Positions 18,096 through 27,648 of a DNA stretch of 64,000 nucleotides are shown here, one piece after another. The translations under genes and the position numbers were made by a program. The stretch comes from Gemmatimonadota bacterium (lineage in GTDB: Bacteria > Gemmatimonadota > Gemmatimonadetes > Gemmatimonadales > GWC2-71-9). The stretch covers positions 17,441 to 81,440 of the forward strand of contig JBDTTF010000185.1 in assembly GCA_039930765.1 (NCBI GenBank), written 5' to 3'. A model generated the notes under the pieces. It ran no database searches, was not told where the DNA came from, and saw only the letters and a list, made by a program, of their open reading frames with translations. How positions within the stretch are numbered: position 1 is the stretch's first letter; each line of letters begins with the position of its first letter.

Positions 18096-19141
18096 CCGCA
18101 TCGGCCGCAATCCCCACGCAGACCGGAGATCTCCGCCTGGGGGCTTTCCGAACGGTCGGTGGCCAGCTGCTGCCCGACGCGCGGCTGCGCTATCGGGTGC
18201 TCGGAGATCCGGCCCTCGGCGCTGAGCGGGGCTGGAACCTGGTGTTCCACGCCCTCACCGGAAGTCATGAAGTGGACAGCTGGTGGGCCCCGCTTCTGGC
18301 GCCAGGTGCCGCGCTCGACCCGGCCTATCGCCCGCTGGTCGCCGCCAATCTGCTGGGAAGCTGCTATGGCTCAACCGGACCCTCTCCCGCCAGCTGGACG
18401 CACTCGACCCCCTTCCCTGACCTCACCACGACCGATCTCGCCCTGGCGCATGCTCCGCTGCTCACCCACCTGGGTGTCACCCGGCTGGCCCTGGCCACCG
18501 GTGGCTCACTGGGAGGAATGGTGGCGCTGGAGTGGGCCCGGCTCGCGACGGTGCCGACCGACCGCGTCGTCGTCCTGGCCGCGCCGGCCTTCAGCTCGGC
18601 GCAGTCGATCGGGTGGAATGCCGCGCAGCGAATGGCCATCGAAGCGGATCCGGCCTGGCGGGGTGGACGGTACGCAGAGGGGCAGGCACCGCGGGCGGGA
18701 CTCGCCGCCGCCCGTGCCATCGCCATGATCACCTACCGCTCGGCTCTCGAGTTCGGTCAGCGGTTCGGCCGCCGGACCGACCGAGGTGGGAAGTACGCCT
18801 TCGATGTCGAGGGTTACCTGCGCTACCAGGGGGACAAGCTGGTCGACCGGTTCGATGCGGCCAGTTACGTGCACCTGACCCGGATCATGGACAGCCACGA
18901 TGTGGGATCAATCGAACTGGCGGCCAGGGCCACCGCCGAACGGGTGGGCCAGCTGGTCGGTGTCGGGATCGACACCGACATCCTGTATGCGGCAACTGAG
19001 ATACGTGACTGGGTGGCGGCCTATCAAGCGGCGGGGGGTCCGGCAACGTACCGGGAAATCACAACAGCCTACGGCCACGACGCCTTCCTGATTGAATGGG
19101 ATCAGCTGGCGGCCATCCTGCGTGATCCGGAGCGGCGCTAG
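18092..19141 (+). CDS. metX: Homoserine O-acyltransferase
   Basis: FHALTG, NLLGSCYGSTGP, GGSLGG nucleophile, GLAAARAIAM.TYRS, RFDA.SY, GHDAFL. Confidence 0.92.
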   Translation: MTASAAIPTQTGDLRLGAFRTVGGQLLPDARLRYRVLGDPALGAERGWNLVFHALTGSHEVDSWWAPLLAPGAALDPAYRPLVAANLLGSCYGSTGPSPASWTHSTPFPDLTTTDLALAHAPLLTHLGVTRLALATGGSLGGMVALEWARLATVPTDRVVVLAAPAFSSAQSIGWNAAQRMAIEADPAWRGGRYAEGQAPRAGLAAARAIAMITYRSALEFGQRFGRRTDRGGKYAFDVEGYLRYQGDKLVDRFDAASYVHLTRIMDSHDVGSIELAARATAERVGQLVGVGIDTDILYAATEIRDWVAAYQAAGGPATYREITTAYGHDAFLIEWDQLAAILRDPERR

Positions 19142-20058
19142 GTCAGGAAGCTCTCGAGGGCCCGGGACCGGCTGACATGCCGGAGCCGGGTCAGCGCCTT
19201 TTCCTTGATCTGCCGGACCCGTTCCCGGGTAATGCCCAGCAGCGTACCGATTTCCTCCAGCGTCATCGGCTCCGGACTATCCAGCCCGAAGTACAATCGC
19301 AGAATCTTGGCTTCCCGCTCCTTCAGCGTCGCGAGGACTTCCTCGATGCCTGAGGAAAGCGCGTGCTCGAAGGTCTCGGAATCGGGGCCCGGGTTGTTGG
19401 TGTCCGGCAGATAGTCGAGCAGCCGGTTGTCCTCGCCGGGAGTGAGCGGCGCATCGAGCGAGAGATGGTTCTGCGAAATCGAGAGGGTCTTCTGGACCTC
19501 CTCGATCGTGATGTCCATGCCCTCGGCGATCTCCGCCGGCGTCGGTTCCCTGCCCAGCTCCTGCAGCAGCGCGCTCGACCGCTTGCCGATCCGGTGCAGC
19601 GTGCCGGCCCGGTTGAGCGGTACCCGGACAATCCGGCTCTGCTCGGCCAGCGCCTGCAGGATGGCCTGGCGGATCCACCAGACCGCGTAGGAGATGAACT
19701 TGATCCCCTTGGTCTCGTCGAATTTGTGGGCGGCGCGGATCAGGCCGAGGTTGCCCTCGTTGATCAAGTCGGAGAGCGAGACACCCTGGTTCTGGTATTT
19801 CTTGGCGACGGACACCACGAATCGGAGGTTGCTGCGGACCAGCTTGTCGAGTGCTTCGGCTTCACCGGTGCGGATCCGCTGGGCCAGCGTGACTTCTTCG
19901 GTCTGGGGTATCAGGGGGTAGCGGCTGATTTCACGGAGATATTGATCCAGCGATCCTTCGTCGGTTGAAGGGCCCCGCTTGCCAACGCCGACTTTCATGG
20001 GACGCATCAGACTCGACCTCTCACGGAATTCACCGGAAACAGGGGGGCTCTGTTCCAT
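19138..20058 (-). CDS. RpoD/SigA-family sigma factor, short form without region 1.1
   Basis: LDQYLREI, NLRFVVSVAKKY, DLINEGNLGL, FISYAVWWIRQAI, TRERVRQI. Confidence 0.93.
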   Translation of the reverse strand: MEQSPPVSGEFRERSSLMRPMKVGVGKRGPSTDEGSLDQYLREISRYPLIPQTEEVTLAQRIRTGEAEALDKLVRSNLRFVVSVAKKYQNQGVSLSDLINEGNLGLIRAAHKFDETKGIKFISYAVWWIRQAILQALAEQSRIVRVPLNRAGTLHRIGKRSSALLQELGREPTPAEIAEGMDITIEEVQKTLSISQNHLSLDAPLTPGEDNRLLDYLPDTNNPGPDSETFEHALSSGIEEVLATLKEREAKILRLYFGLDSPEPMTLEEIGTLLGITRERVRQIKEKALTRLRHVSRSRALESFLT

Positions 20059-20144
20059 TGGAGCACGCGGCGCATTGGGGGCGGCCGCTGGTGACGAACC
20101 TTACCCTCCGGTAGTCCCCGGCGCAACAGGTCCCGCACCAGAAC

Positions 20145-21635
20145 TCAGGAGTAGTTGTCGATCTGCGCCCGCTGCAGCGTGCCCGAGTAATCGACATAGC
20201 CGACTTTTATTTCGGAATAAAAATCGTACACCGGCCAACCCCCTTCACGATGACCGTTGCCGGTCTGTTTGACCCCGCCAAACGGCAGGTGCGCCTCGGC
20301 CCCGATTGTTGGGGCATTGATATAGGAGATCCCGGTGTCGAGATCCTGCAGCGCACGGAATGCCGAGCGGATATCGGCGGTGTAGAGCGACGATGACAGC
20401 CCGTAGCGTACGCCGTTGTTGACCTGGAGGGCCTGGTCGAGCGAATTGACCCGGAGGACTGACAGGACCGGGCCGAAGATTTCCTCCTGCTCCAGCCGAT
20501 CACCCGGCGCCACACCGGCAAAGATCGTCGGCTGGTAGAACCAGCCGTGTGCCAGCCGCGGCGCCGAGGGCCGGCGTCCGCCGGTGACCAGTTCCGCGCC
20601 TGACTGCTTCCCGATCTCGACGTACTCCTCGACCTTCTGCCGGGCGGCGGAGTGGATCAGCGGGCCGACCTGGGTGCCGCGAACGCGGCCGTCGCCCAGC
20701 TTCAGGTGGCCGACGGCAGTGGCGAGACGACTGAGGAACCGGTCGTGAATCTTGCGATGCAGAATGAGCCGGCTGGTCGCGGTGCAGCGCTGTCCCGTGG
20801 TGCCGAACGCCCCCCAGAGTACTCCATCGAGTGCCAGGTCCAGATCGGCGTCGGGCATGACGATCATCGCGTTCTTGCCACCCATCTCCAGTGACAGCCG
20901 CTTGTGCATCCTGCCGCAGGTGGCACCGATCAGCGAGCCGGTCGCGGTCGAGCCAGTGAAGGAGATCAGCGGCACCTCTGGATGTTCGACCAGCGCCCGA
21001 CCGATCGTTTCGCCGGCGCCGTGCACCAGCTGGATCACCTCCGGTGGCAGCCCCGCCTCCAGCGCCAGTTCGACCAGGCGGGTGGCGGTCAGCGGGGTGT
21101 CCTCCGCCGGCTTGAGAATGGCCGCGTTACCGCAGACCAATGCGGGAAACAGCTTCCAGGTCGGAATGGCCAGTGGAAAGTTGAACGGCGTGATGAGCCC
21201 CGCAATCCCAATCGGGCGGCGGAAGCTCATCGCCCACTTGGAGCGCAGCTCGGAGGGCACGGTGTGGCCGAACAGCCGGCGGCCCTCGGTGGCCGCGTAG
21301 TAGGCGGTGTCGATTCCTTCCTGGACATCACCACGGGTCTCGGCCAGCACCTTGCCCATCTCGCGAGTCATGCTGTCGGCCAGCGTTTCCTTATCGCGAG
21401 TCAGCAGGTCGCCGAGTCGGCGCAGTACTTCACCACGGGCAGGCGCGGGAGTGGCCCGCCAGAGCGCGAAGCCGCGGGCCGCGCTCTTGACTGCGGCGGC
21501 CAGGTCCGCCGCATCGGATTCGGGAAACCGGCCGATCAGGTCGCGCTGGTCGGCGGGGTTGCGATTGTCGAAGTAGCGGCCGGAGGCGGGGGCGGTCCAG
21601 CGGCCCGCGATGAAATTGCGGTAGGTCTTGGCCAT
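20145..21635 (-). CDS. NAD(P)-dependent aldehyde dehydrogenase
   Basis: ITPFNFP, FTGS, LEMGGKN, GQRCTA, EEIFGPV, PFGG.K.TG; ATG 21635. Confidence 0.94.
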   Translation of the reverse strand: MAKTYRNFIAGRWTAPASGRYFDNRNPADQRDLIGRFPESDAADLAAAVKSAARGFALWRATPAPARGEVLRRLGDLLTRDKETLADSMTREMGKVLAETRGDVQEGIDTAYYAATEGRRLFGHTVPSELRSKWAMSFRRPIGIAGLITPFNFPLAIPTWKLFPALVCGNAAILKPAEDTPLTATRLVELALEAGLPPEVIQLVHGAGETIGRALVEHPEVPLISFTGSTATGSLIGATCGRMHKRLSLEMGGKNAMIVMPDADLDLALDGVLWGAFGTTGQRCTATSRLILHRKIHDRFLSRLATAVGHLKLGDGRVRGTQVGPLIHSAARQKVEEYVEIGKQSGAELVTGGRRPSAPRLAHGWFYQPTIFAGVAPGDRLEQEEIFGPVLSVLRVNSLDQALQVNNGVRYGLSSSLYTADIRSAFRALQDLDTGISYINAPTIGAEAHLPFGGVKQTGNGHREGGWPVYDFYSEIKVGYVDYSGTLQRAQIDNYS

Positions 21636-21645
21636 TGAATCCGTT

Positions 21646-22107
21646 CTAGGAACACCACCAGAGGGCTGCGGACCTGGCATAGCCCATCCGCGGCAGCACC
21701 GCCGCGGCTGCCAGGACGAATCCCCACAGGGTCACCAGCAACGCGATTGAGTGAGCCAGCCCCATCCGCCGCTGCCAGCTGGTCACACTGCTCCAGAGTC
21801 CCGCCATGACCACGCCCGATACCGCGCCGAGATAGATCAAGAGGCCGACGCCGCAGCTGTTCTGGTAGGGCCACTGGGTCATCCCCGCCGCCACCGCCAC
21901 GGCAAGACCTACCCTGACCCAGGTGAACAGCGCGGCCTTGCGCCCCACCTGGATCGGGGCCGCCGGGTGGCTCCGGGCCACCGGCGCGCTGGCGGTGGCT
22001 GGCGCACCGGCCGGGAGCGCTGCCTGCTTGGGAGGCGGGGCCGGTGCCTTGGCCATCACCTTGTCGATGGCGGCCAATTCCTTGTCCCAGTCCCGCTGGT
22101 CGCTCAC
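21646..22107 (-). CDS. Hypothetical membrane protein (3 TM, Pro/Ala linker)
   Basis: GTG start overlapping the upstream stop; RDWDKELAAIDK, WPY..SCG, C-terminal WWCS. Confidence 0.7.
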   Translation of the reverse strand: MSDQRDWDKELAAIDKVMAKAPAPPPKQAALPAGAPATASAPVARSHPAAPIQVGRKAALFTWVRVGLAVAVAAGMTQWPYQNSCGVGLLIYLGAVSGVVMAGLWSSVTSWQRRMGLAHSIALLVTLWGFVLAAAAVLPRMGYARSAALWWCS

Positions 22108-23483
22108 GGCTCCTCCCGGATAATTCGCAGCCGTTCCATCTTCTTGTACATGTTGCTGCGCGGAATCTTGAGCGCCTTGGCCGTTTCCATCACGTTCCAA
22201 TCGTGCTCGCGCAGCTTGGCTTCGAGAAAGGCCCGTTCGGTATCGTCCTTGAAATCGGCCAGGGTCTCGCCATCGGCGCCGGCCATGAGGGCCTCCGCGG
22301 AGGAGCCGGCGGAAACGGCCTGTCCGGCGAATCGCGTCACATCATCAGCCGAAATTGACTTGCCCGTCGCCAGGATGAGGACTCGTTCGACGATGTTGCG
22401 CAGCTCGCGCACATTGCCCGGCCAGGCCCGGGTCTTGAGCCGCTCGAGCGCTTCCGGATCAAACGGACGGTTGGGCACTCCCGAACTCTCGGCCAGGCGC
22501 TCGGCAAAGCAGGCCACCAGGTCGGGAATGTCGCCGCGACGTTCTGACAGTGGCGGCACTTCGATCGGCACCACGTTGAGCCGGTAGTAGAGGTCTTCGC
22601 GGAAGCGGCCCGCCGCTATTTCCCGTTCCAGCGTCTTGTTGGTGGCGGCCAGGACCCGGACATCGACCTCGATCGGCTTGCTGCCGCCGACCCGGGTGAT
22701 GATCCCCTCCTGCAGCGCCCGCAGCACCTTGGCCTGTGCCGCCAGCGTCATATCGCCGATTTCATCCAGAAACAGAGTGCCGCCGTCGGCCTGCTCGAAC
22801 TTGCCGGGGCGGTCGGTCACCGCACCGGTGAAGGAACCCTTGATGTGGCCAAACAGCTCGGACTCGATCAACTCGGACGGGATGGCCGCGCAGTTGACCT
22901 CGACGAACGCCGCCGCCTTTCGGGTCGAGCGCTGATGCAGTGCCCGGGCCACCAGCTCCTTGCCGGTGCCGTTCTCACCGGTGATCAGGACCCGGGCCTG
23001 GGTGGGCCCCACCCGCTCGATCAGCTCGAGCACGTGCTTGAGTGCCTTGCTGTGCCCGGCCATTCCGTAGCGGGTGTCGACCACGGAGCGCAGCCGTTCA
23101 TTCTGAGCGGTCAGCGCGATCTGGGCCAGGGCATTCCGAAGGGTGACCAGCAACCGGTCGGTGTCGAGCGGCTTCTCGAGAAAATCGAAGGCCCCGCGAT
23201 GAGTGGCGGCGACAGCCGTCGAAATCGTCCCGTGACCGCTGATCATCACCACCAGCGCGTAGGGATCGAGCTCGCGCAACCGGGCCAGCGTTTCCATCCC
23301 ATCGAGTCCGGCCATCTTCACATCCAGCAGCACCAGATGGGGCCGATACTCGGCGTACAGCTCGAGTCCCTCGGGACCGGAGCTGGCGCCCTTCACCTGA
23401 TAGCCCTCGTACTCGAGAACCTGGCGCAGGGCCTCGCGGATACCGGACTCATCGTCGATGACCAGGATGCGGTGGGTGCTCAT
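22104..23483 (-). CDS. Sigma54-dependent response regulator (NtrC/NtrX family)
   Basis: Receiver domain (IDDE, LLDVKM), GENGTGKE, ESELFGH.KGSFTGA, LFLDEIGDM, WPGNVREL, Fis-type HTH. Confidence 0.94.
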   Translation of the reverse strand: MSTHRILVIDDESGIREALRQVLEYEGYQVKGASSGPEGLELYAEYRPHLVLLDVKMAGLDGMETLARLRELDPYALVVMISGHGTISTAVAATHRGAFDFLEKPLDTDRLLVTLRNALAQIALTAQNERLRSVVDTRYGMAGHSKALKHVLELIERVGPTQARVLITGENGTGKELVARALHQRSTRKAAAFVEVNCAAIPSELIESELFGHIKGSFTGAVTDRPGKFEQADGGTLFLDEIGDMTLAAQAKVLRALQEGIITRVGGSKPIEVDVRVLAATNKTLEREIAAGRFREDLYYRLNVVPIEVPPLSERRGDIPDLVACFAERLAESSGVPNRPFDPEALERLKTRAWPGNVRELRNIVERVLILATGKSISADDVTRFAGQAVSAGSSAEALMAGADGETLADFKDDTERAFLEAKLREHDWNVMETAKALKIPRSNMYKKMERLRIIREEP

Positions 23484-24334
23484 CGTTTGGCGGGGGGGCC
23501 GGGGGGCGGTGGGGCAGTTGCCGCGTGTGCGATACCTACCGGGGATTCCGAGAGCAGCCCGCCTCGGCGATAGCCCTTGGGATCTCGTTCGACGGCCTCA
23601 AAGCCAAGCTCGAGGAATGTCTGCTCGATCGCCGGCCAGGCCGCATCGATCACGGCAAACTGATCGGGTGCCGCCTCGATCCGAGCCTTGCCGCCGTGGT
23701 GCCGGACCCGGAGGTCACCGCTGACGCCAAGCGCACGGAGTAGTGCCTCTCCGTGTTCCACCTGGCGCAGCCGCTCGGGGGTGACCTCGAGTCCGTACTG
23801 GATCCGGCTGGAAAGACAGGGAGCGGCCGGTGCGTCCCACGTCGGGATCCCCAGCGCGCGCGCGGCGGCCCTGACCATCTCCTTGCTCCAGCCCAGTTCC
23901 GCCAGCGGCGAGCGGATCCGCTGCTCCTCGGCGGCCTTGAGCCCGGGGCGGTGCTCGGTCAGATCATCGGCGTTGGTGCCATCGAGGATGGAGACAAATC
24001 CGCGACGGCGCGCCACCTCACCCAGGCGCTGCCAGAGCTCATGCTTGCAGAAATAGCAGCGATTGGTCGGATTGGCCCGGTAAGACGGGTCCTCCATCTC
24101 GTGGGTATCGATTTCCAGCAGGGAAACCCCGAACCGCCTGGCGGTAGCCAGGGCGGCCTGGTACTGGGCCTCGGGATACGAAGGACTGCGACCGATGACG
24201 GCCAGGAACTGCTCAGGGCCCAGCGCCCCTGTGCCGGCCACCGCCAGCAGGGCCGAATCGACGCCCCCGGAATAACCGAGCAGCGCAGGACCGATGACGC
24301 CAAGGTGGGACTGGAGTTGGGCCAGGTCTGACAT
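23480..24334 (-). CDS. larE: ATP-dependent sacrificial sulfur transferase, LarE family
   Basis: SGGVDS PP-loop, NP.NRCYFCK, DGTNADD...RPG, PCLSSRI.YG, RVRHHG. Confidence 0.9.
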   Translation of the reverse strand: MSDLAQLQSHLGVIGPALLGYSGGVDSALLAVAGTGALGPEQFLAVIGRSPSYPEAQYQAALATARRFGVSLLEIDTHEMEDPSYRANPTNRCYFCKHELWQRLGEVARRRGFVSILDGTNADDLTEHRPGLKAAEEQRIRSPLAELGWSKEMVRAAARALGIPTWDAPAAPCLSSRIQYGLEVTPERLRQVEHGEALLRALGVSGDLRVRHHGGKARIEAAPDQFAVIDAAWPAIEQTFLELGFEAVERDPKGYRRGGLLSESPVGIAHAATAPPPPGPPAKR

Positions 24335-24422
24335 GCGGGAAACCTAAAACCTCCGGCCCACGCACGAAACGTCGAAAAGGGCGGGGCTTCCCTGCCCTGC
24401 ACTGGTACCTCACCTTTGGGCC

Positions 24423-24863
24423 ATGGCTGACGAAGAACGGGGCATCCGGATTTCGGCCCGACTGCTGATTCCCTGGAGCGAGCTGACCTTCCGCGCCAGC
24501 CGGGCCGGTGGCCCCGGTGGCCAGCACGTCAACACCAGCAGCACCAGGATCGAGGTGGTGTGGAACGTGGCCGACAGCACCGCGGTCGACGCATCGCAGC
24601 GGGCCCGACTGCGGCAGCGGCTGGACACCAGGCTGTCGGCCTCCGGAATCCTGAGGTTGGTCGCCAGTAACCGGCGCAGCCAGCTTCAGAACCGGGAAGA
24701 AGCCGTTGCCCGGCTGCAGCAGGTGGTGGCAGCGGCCCTGGTGGTCCCCCGGCGGCGGATTGCCACCAAACCGACGCGGGGGTCCAAGGAATCGAGACTG
24801 GATGCCAAGAAGGCCCGGGGCAGCATCAAGCGGCTCCGGGGCTCGGTTGGCCGCGACGAGTGA
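24423..24863 (+). CDS. arfB: Alternative ribosome rescue factor B (YaeJ)
   Basis: RAGGPGGQHVN, RSQLQNRE.A, basic tail R.ATKPT.GSKE.RL..K. Confidence 0.94.
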   Translation: MADEERGIRISARLLIPWSELTFRASRAGGPGGQHVNTSSTRIEVVWNVADSTAVDASQRARLRQRLDTRLSASGILRLVASNRRSQLQNREEAVARLQQVVAAALVVPRRRIATKPTRGSKESRLDAKKARGSIKRLRGSVGRDE

Positions 24864-24963
24864 GCGTCACATCCACGCCACCGACTTGATCACCGGGAGG
24901 GTCGTTGACGATTGGTTGATGCTACGATGATAGGATTGGGGCGACTTCTTCCGGATTGACCTG

Positions 24964-25272
24964 ATGATCCCCGAGCCTGCCGCTACGGACACCATCGTGA
25001 CCCGTCGCGCCGCCATCTTCCACTACCTCGAGCTGCGCCGAGCCCGAAACCCCGTCATCCTCTCCTACACGCCCGGTATTCCCTTTTCTGCTCGCCGGCC
25101 CGGGCTCGAATTGATGGTGGAATTCGACTCCGGCGGCGAAGAGGAACTCAACTGGGGTGGACTCCAGGTCGACCTCAGCCTGCTGCTGGGGTATCAGGTG
25201 GACATCCTGACCGAACCGACCCTGCCGCCGGAACAACGCGAGCGGATGCTGGCGCGGATGCGGCCGTTGTAA
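24964..25272 (+). CDS. Degenerate minimal nucleotidyltransferase (MNT)-like small protein
   Basis: C-terminal half matches the MNT pattern (L.VEF, GGLQVDLSLLLG..VDILT...L....RER.L....PL); GS and DxD motifs absent. Confidence 0.55.
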   Translation: MIPEPAATDTIVTRRAAIFHYLELRRARNPVILSYTPGIPFSARRPGLELMVEFDSGGEEELNWGGLQVDLSLLLGYQVDILTEPTLPPEQRERMLARMRPL

Positions 25273-25382
25273 AAGGACGGGCGGGCGGCAACCGAGCGCC
25301 TATTTGGGAGGCGCCAGTTCGGCGACCCGGAGGCGAGGAAGTGGCGGACCGGCGAAGCCTGAAGGCACGACGAACCCAACCC

Positions 25383-25468
25383 GCAATCCTTCCGACCTTC
25401 CAACTTCCTGCTGTCCTGCTGGGCGCGGGACAGGCTTTCCGACGATCCAACCATCCAACCCTCCGACG
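25383..25468. repeat. Short tandem octamer repeats (TCCRACNN)
   Basis: tccgacct tccaactt ... tccgacga tccaacca tccaaccc tccgacgt, flanking a CTGTCCTGC/GCGGGACAG hairpin. Confidence 0.55.
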
Positions 25469-25525
25469 TGGCGGCCATCCCCACTTTTCCTTACCTTCTC
25501 GGCCGACCCCACTCCTGAGGCCACC

Positions 25526-25990
25526 GTGACCCACGCCCTCCTGTTCCACCTGCTCTCGTTCCTGATCATCGCCGGCGGCGCGATCGGCAGCCTCACGGTC
25601 TACTTCGCGCTGCGCCGAGCCGTCCAGTCGGCGCCGGCCCAGTTGCCGGGGTTGGTGTCGATGGTGCCGCGATTCGGCCTGATGGCGCAGGTCGGAGTGC
25701 TGCTGATGATCCTGTCGGGCGTGGGGCTGATGTCGAGCCGAGGCTGGGGCGACTGGGGCCAGAACTGGCTGACCATCAAACTCCTGCTCGTCGTGCTGTT
25801 GTCGCTCAACGGCCAGCTGGTCGGCAAGCCGCTCGGCAAGACAATGGGCAAGGCACTGGCCACCAATCCCGGCCCGCCGTCCAGCATTCCCGAGGTCAAC
25901 GATTCGATCGGGAAACTGGGGTTGTTCTACTGGGTGCAGATCCCCGGGCTGCTGCTGATTATCGGCTTAGCCGTGCTCGGACCTCGCTAG
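25526..25990 (+). CDS. Four-TM membrane protein (DUF2269/CopD-like)
   Basis: GTG start with GAGG SD; LLFHL, ILSGVGL, WLTIKLLLV; four hydrophobic segments. Confidence 0.65.
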   Translation: MTHALLFHLLSFLIIAGGAIGSLTVYFALRRAVQSAPAQLPGLVSMVPRFGLMAQVGVLLMILSGVGLMSSRGWGDWGQNWLTIKLLLVVLLSLNGQLVGKPLGKTMGKALATNPGPPSSIPEVNDSIGKLGLFYWVQIPGLLLIIGLAVLGPR

Positions 25991-26025
25991 TTGCGCCTGC
26001 AGCCAGCCGGAAAGCGCACTGATCG

Positions 26026-26781
26026 GTGAAAGCTGAATTCGCCCACCTCGAGGCCACCCTCAAGGCCGTCGGCCAACGTGGGCCGGTGTTGTACCTGGCC
26101 GACTACGGCAATTGGGGAGATGGACTGATCCGGGCCGGCACCCGCCGATTCCTGGCTGACATCGGGATCGAGTATACCGAGACCCAGCATGTGAGCCGCG
26201 GCGAGCGCTGGCTGCCGTGGCGGCGGAAAGGAACGCTGCTGTATGGCGGCAGCGGGGCCTGGTGCAATTTCTGGAGCCACGGCCAGCAGACCATCCAGAA
26301 GGTCGGCCACCTCTTCGAACATGTAGTGGTGCTGCCGTCGACTTTCGAGATGAAGCTGGACCTGCCAAAGATCGACCTGTTCTGCCGCGATCGCTTTGAA
26401 AGCCAGGCCAACGCTCCCGCCGCCGTTTTCTGTCACGACATGGCCTTCTGCCTCGGCCCTCAGGACTATCCAGCCGGCACCGGCACCGGCTGGTTCCTCC
26501 GGACCGACAAGGAGAGCGCCAATCGGCTGCCGATTCCCGCCTCCAACGTCGACCTTTCCCTGCTGGGGGACCACCTGTCCCCGGCCGGCCCGTTCTTCGA
26601 GGCCATCGCGAAGTACGACGTGATCCACACCGATCGGCTGCACGTCGCCATCGGCGCCTGCCTGGTGGGGCGAGAGTTGCACCTGTACCCGGGCGGCTAT
26701 TTCAAGAATCGGGCGTTGTTCCGGTCCAGTATGGAGGGGCACTTTCCCAACGTGCATTTTCACGAGACCGCCGGTCCCTGA
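26026..26781 (+). CDS. Polysaccharide pyruvyl transferase family protein
   Basis: GNWGD.LI, YGGSG, RD..S, HDMAF, TDRLHVAI motifs. Confidence 0.82.
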   Translation: MKAEFAHLEATLKAVGQRGPVLYLADYGNWGDGLIRAGTRRFLADIGIEYTETQHVSRGERWLPWRRKGTLLYGGSGAWCNFWSHGQQTIQKVGHLFEHVVVLPSTFEMKLDLPKIDLFCRDRFESQANAPAAVFCHDMAFCLGPQDYPAGTGTGWFLRTDKESANRLPIPASNVDLSLLGDHLSPAGPFFEAIAKYDVIHTDRLHVAIGACLVGRELHLYPGGYFKNRALFRSSMEGHFPNVHFHETAGP

Positions 26782-26797
26782 GGGCGTGGCGGAGGAT

Positions 26798-27517
26798 TTA
26801 GTCGGGGCCGGGGCCGCATCGGCGCCCGCTCCAATGGCCAGCCGCCTCGTTGATGGCAACGGCGCCAGAGACCGTTGAACGATCGGACGAGAGCGTCCCG
26901 ATGAATTTGCCATCCAGCAGTTCGATCGAATCCCCCTTCACCAATCCCTGGAATGGCACCCCAAGTGACACGCTCAAACCGATTACGAGTGAATCGGTGA
27001 CCACAAGGCCGAACGAATGGCTGGCGGGCTGGCCATCCAGGGCGTAGGTCGCGCAGATGAACACCGCTCGCCCCGTCGTATCCTTGACACCGTACGCATT
27101 GCCATTCCCCGCCGGTGGACCCGAATACGTCATGGTGGCAATGATCGGGCTGCGCAACGGATGCGGCTCGTACTCCCCGAACATCACAATCGAGTCGGCG
27201 CCACTCCGATGGGCCAAGCGAAAATAATCCTCGTCATGGTAATACGAGCCGGCCAGCGGCACGGTGTGAGCCGGGCTCTGGAGGGTAGCGGTCGCCTCGA
27301 CCTCGCCACTCGCTGGCGCCAGCATCGTCGGGCCCGTTTCCGGTTCAGCGTCGTGCAACTGGACCAGGAGGCGGGTCACGCCGGTGTCGGGAAAGTTCCA
27401 GGCCAGGAGGAGCAGGCGATCGCCTGATTCGGGGGAACTGCTCGCGGTGCTGCCGCATCCGGCGGCTACCACTGCGACGAGCACCGCCAGCAAGGCGGCG
27501 CGGACACGGCACGTCAT
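26798..27517 (-). CDS. Hypothetical lipoprotein
   Basis: Signal peptide with lipobox VAAGC; beta-rich mature region; GAGG SD. Confidence 0.6.
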   Translation of the reverse strand: MTCRVRAALLAVLVAVVAAGCGSTASSSPESGDRLLLLAWNFPDTGVTRLLVQLHDAEPETGPTMLAPASGEVEATATLQSPAHTVPLAGSYYHDEDYFRLAHRSGADSIVMFGEYEPHPLRSPIIATMTYSGPPAGNGNAYGVKDTTGRAVFICATYALDGQPASHSFGLVVTDSLVIGLSVSLGVPFQGLVKGDSIELLDGKFIGTLSSDRSTVSGAVAINEAAGHWSGRRCGPGPD

Positions 27518-27648
27518 GGCAACCTCTGGTCAATGGATCCTTCACAGACGACAGCGGCCCGCACAATCGCACACCCCCGCCGCCTTATTTCGATGACGGA
27601 CAATCCGGCTCCGTGGCCTACCATCGAGCATCCCAGCCGAGAGGCCAG

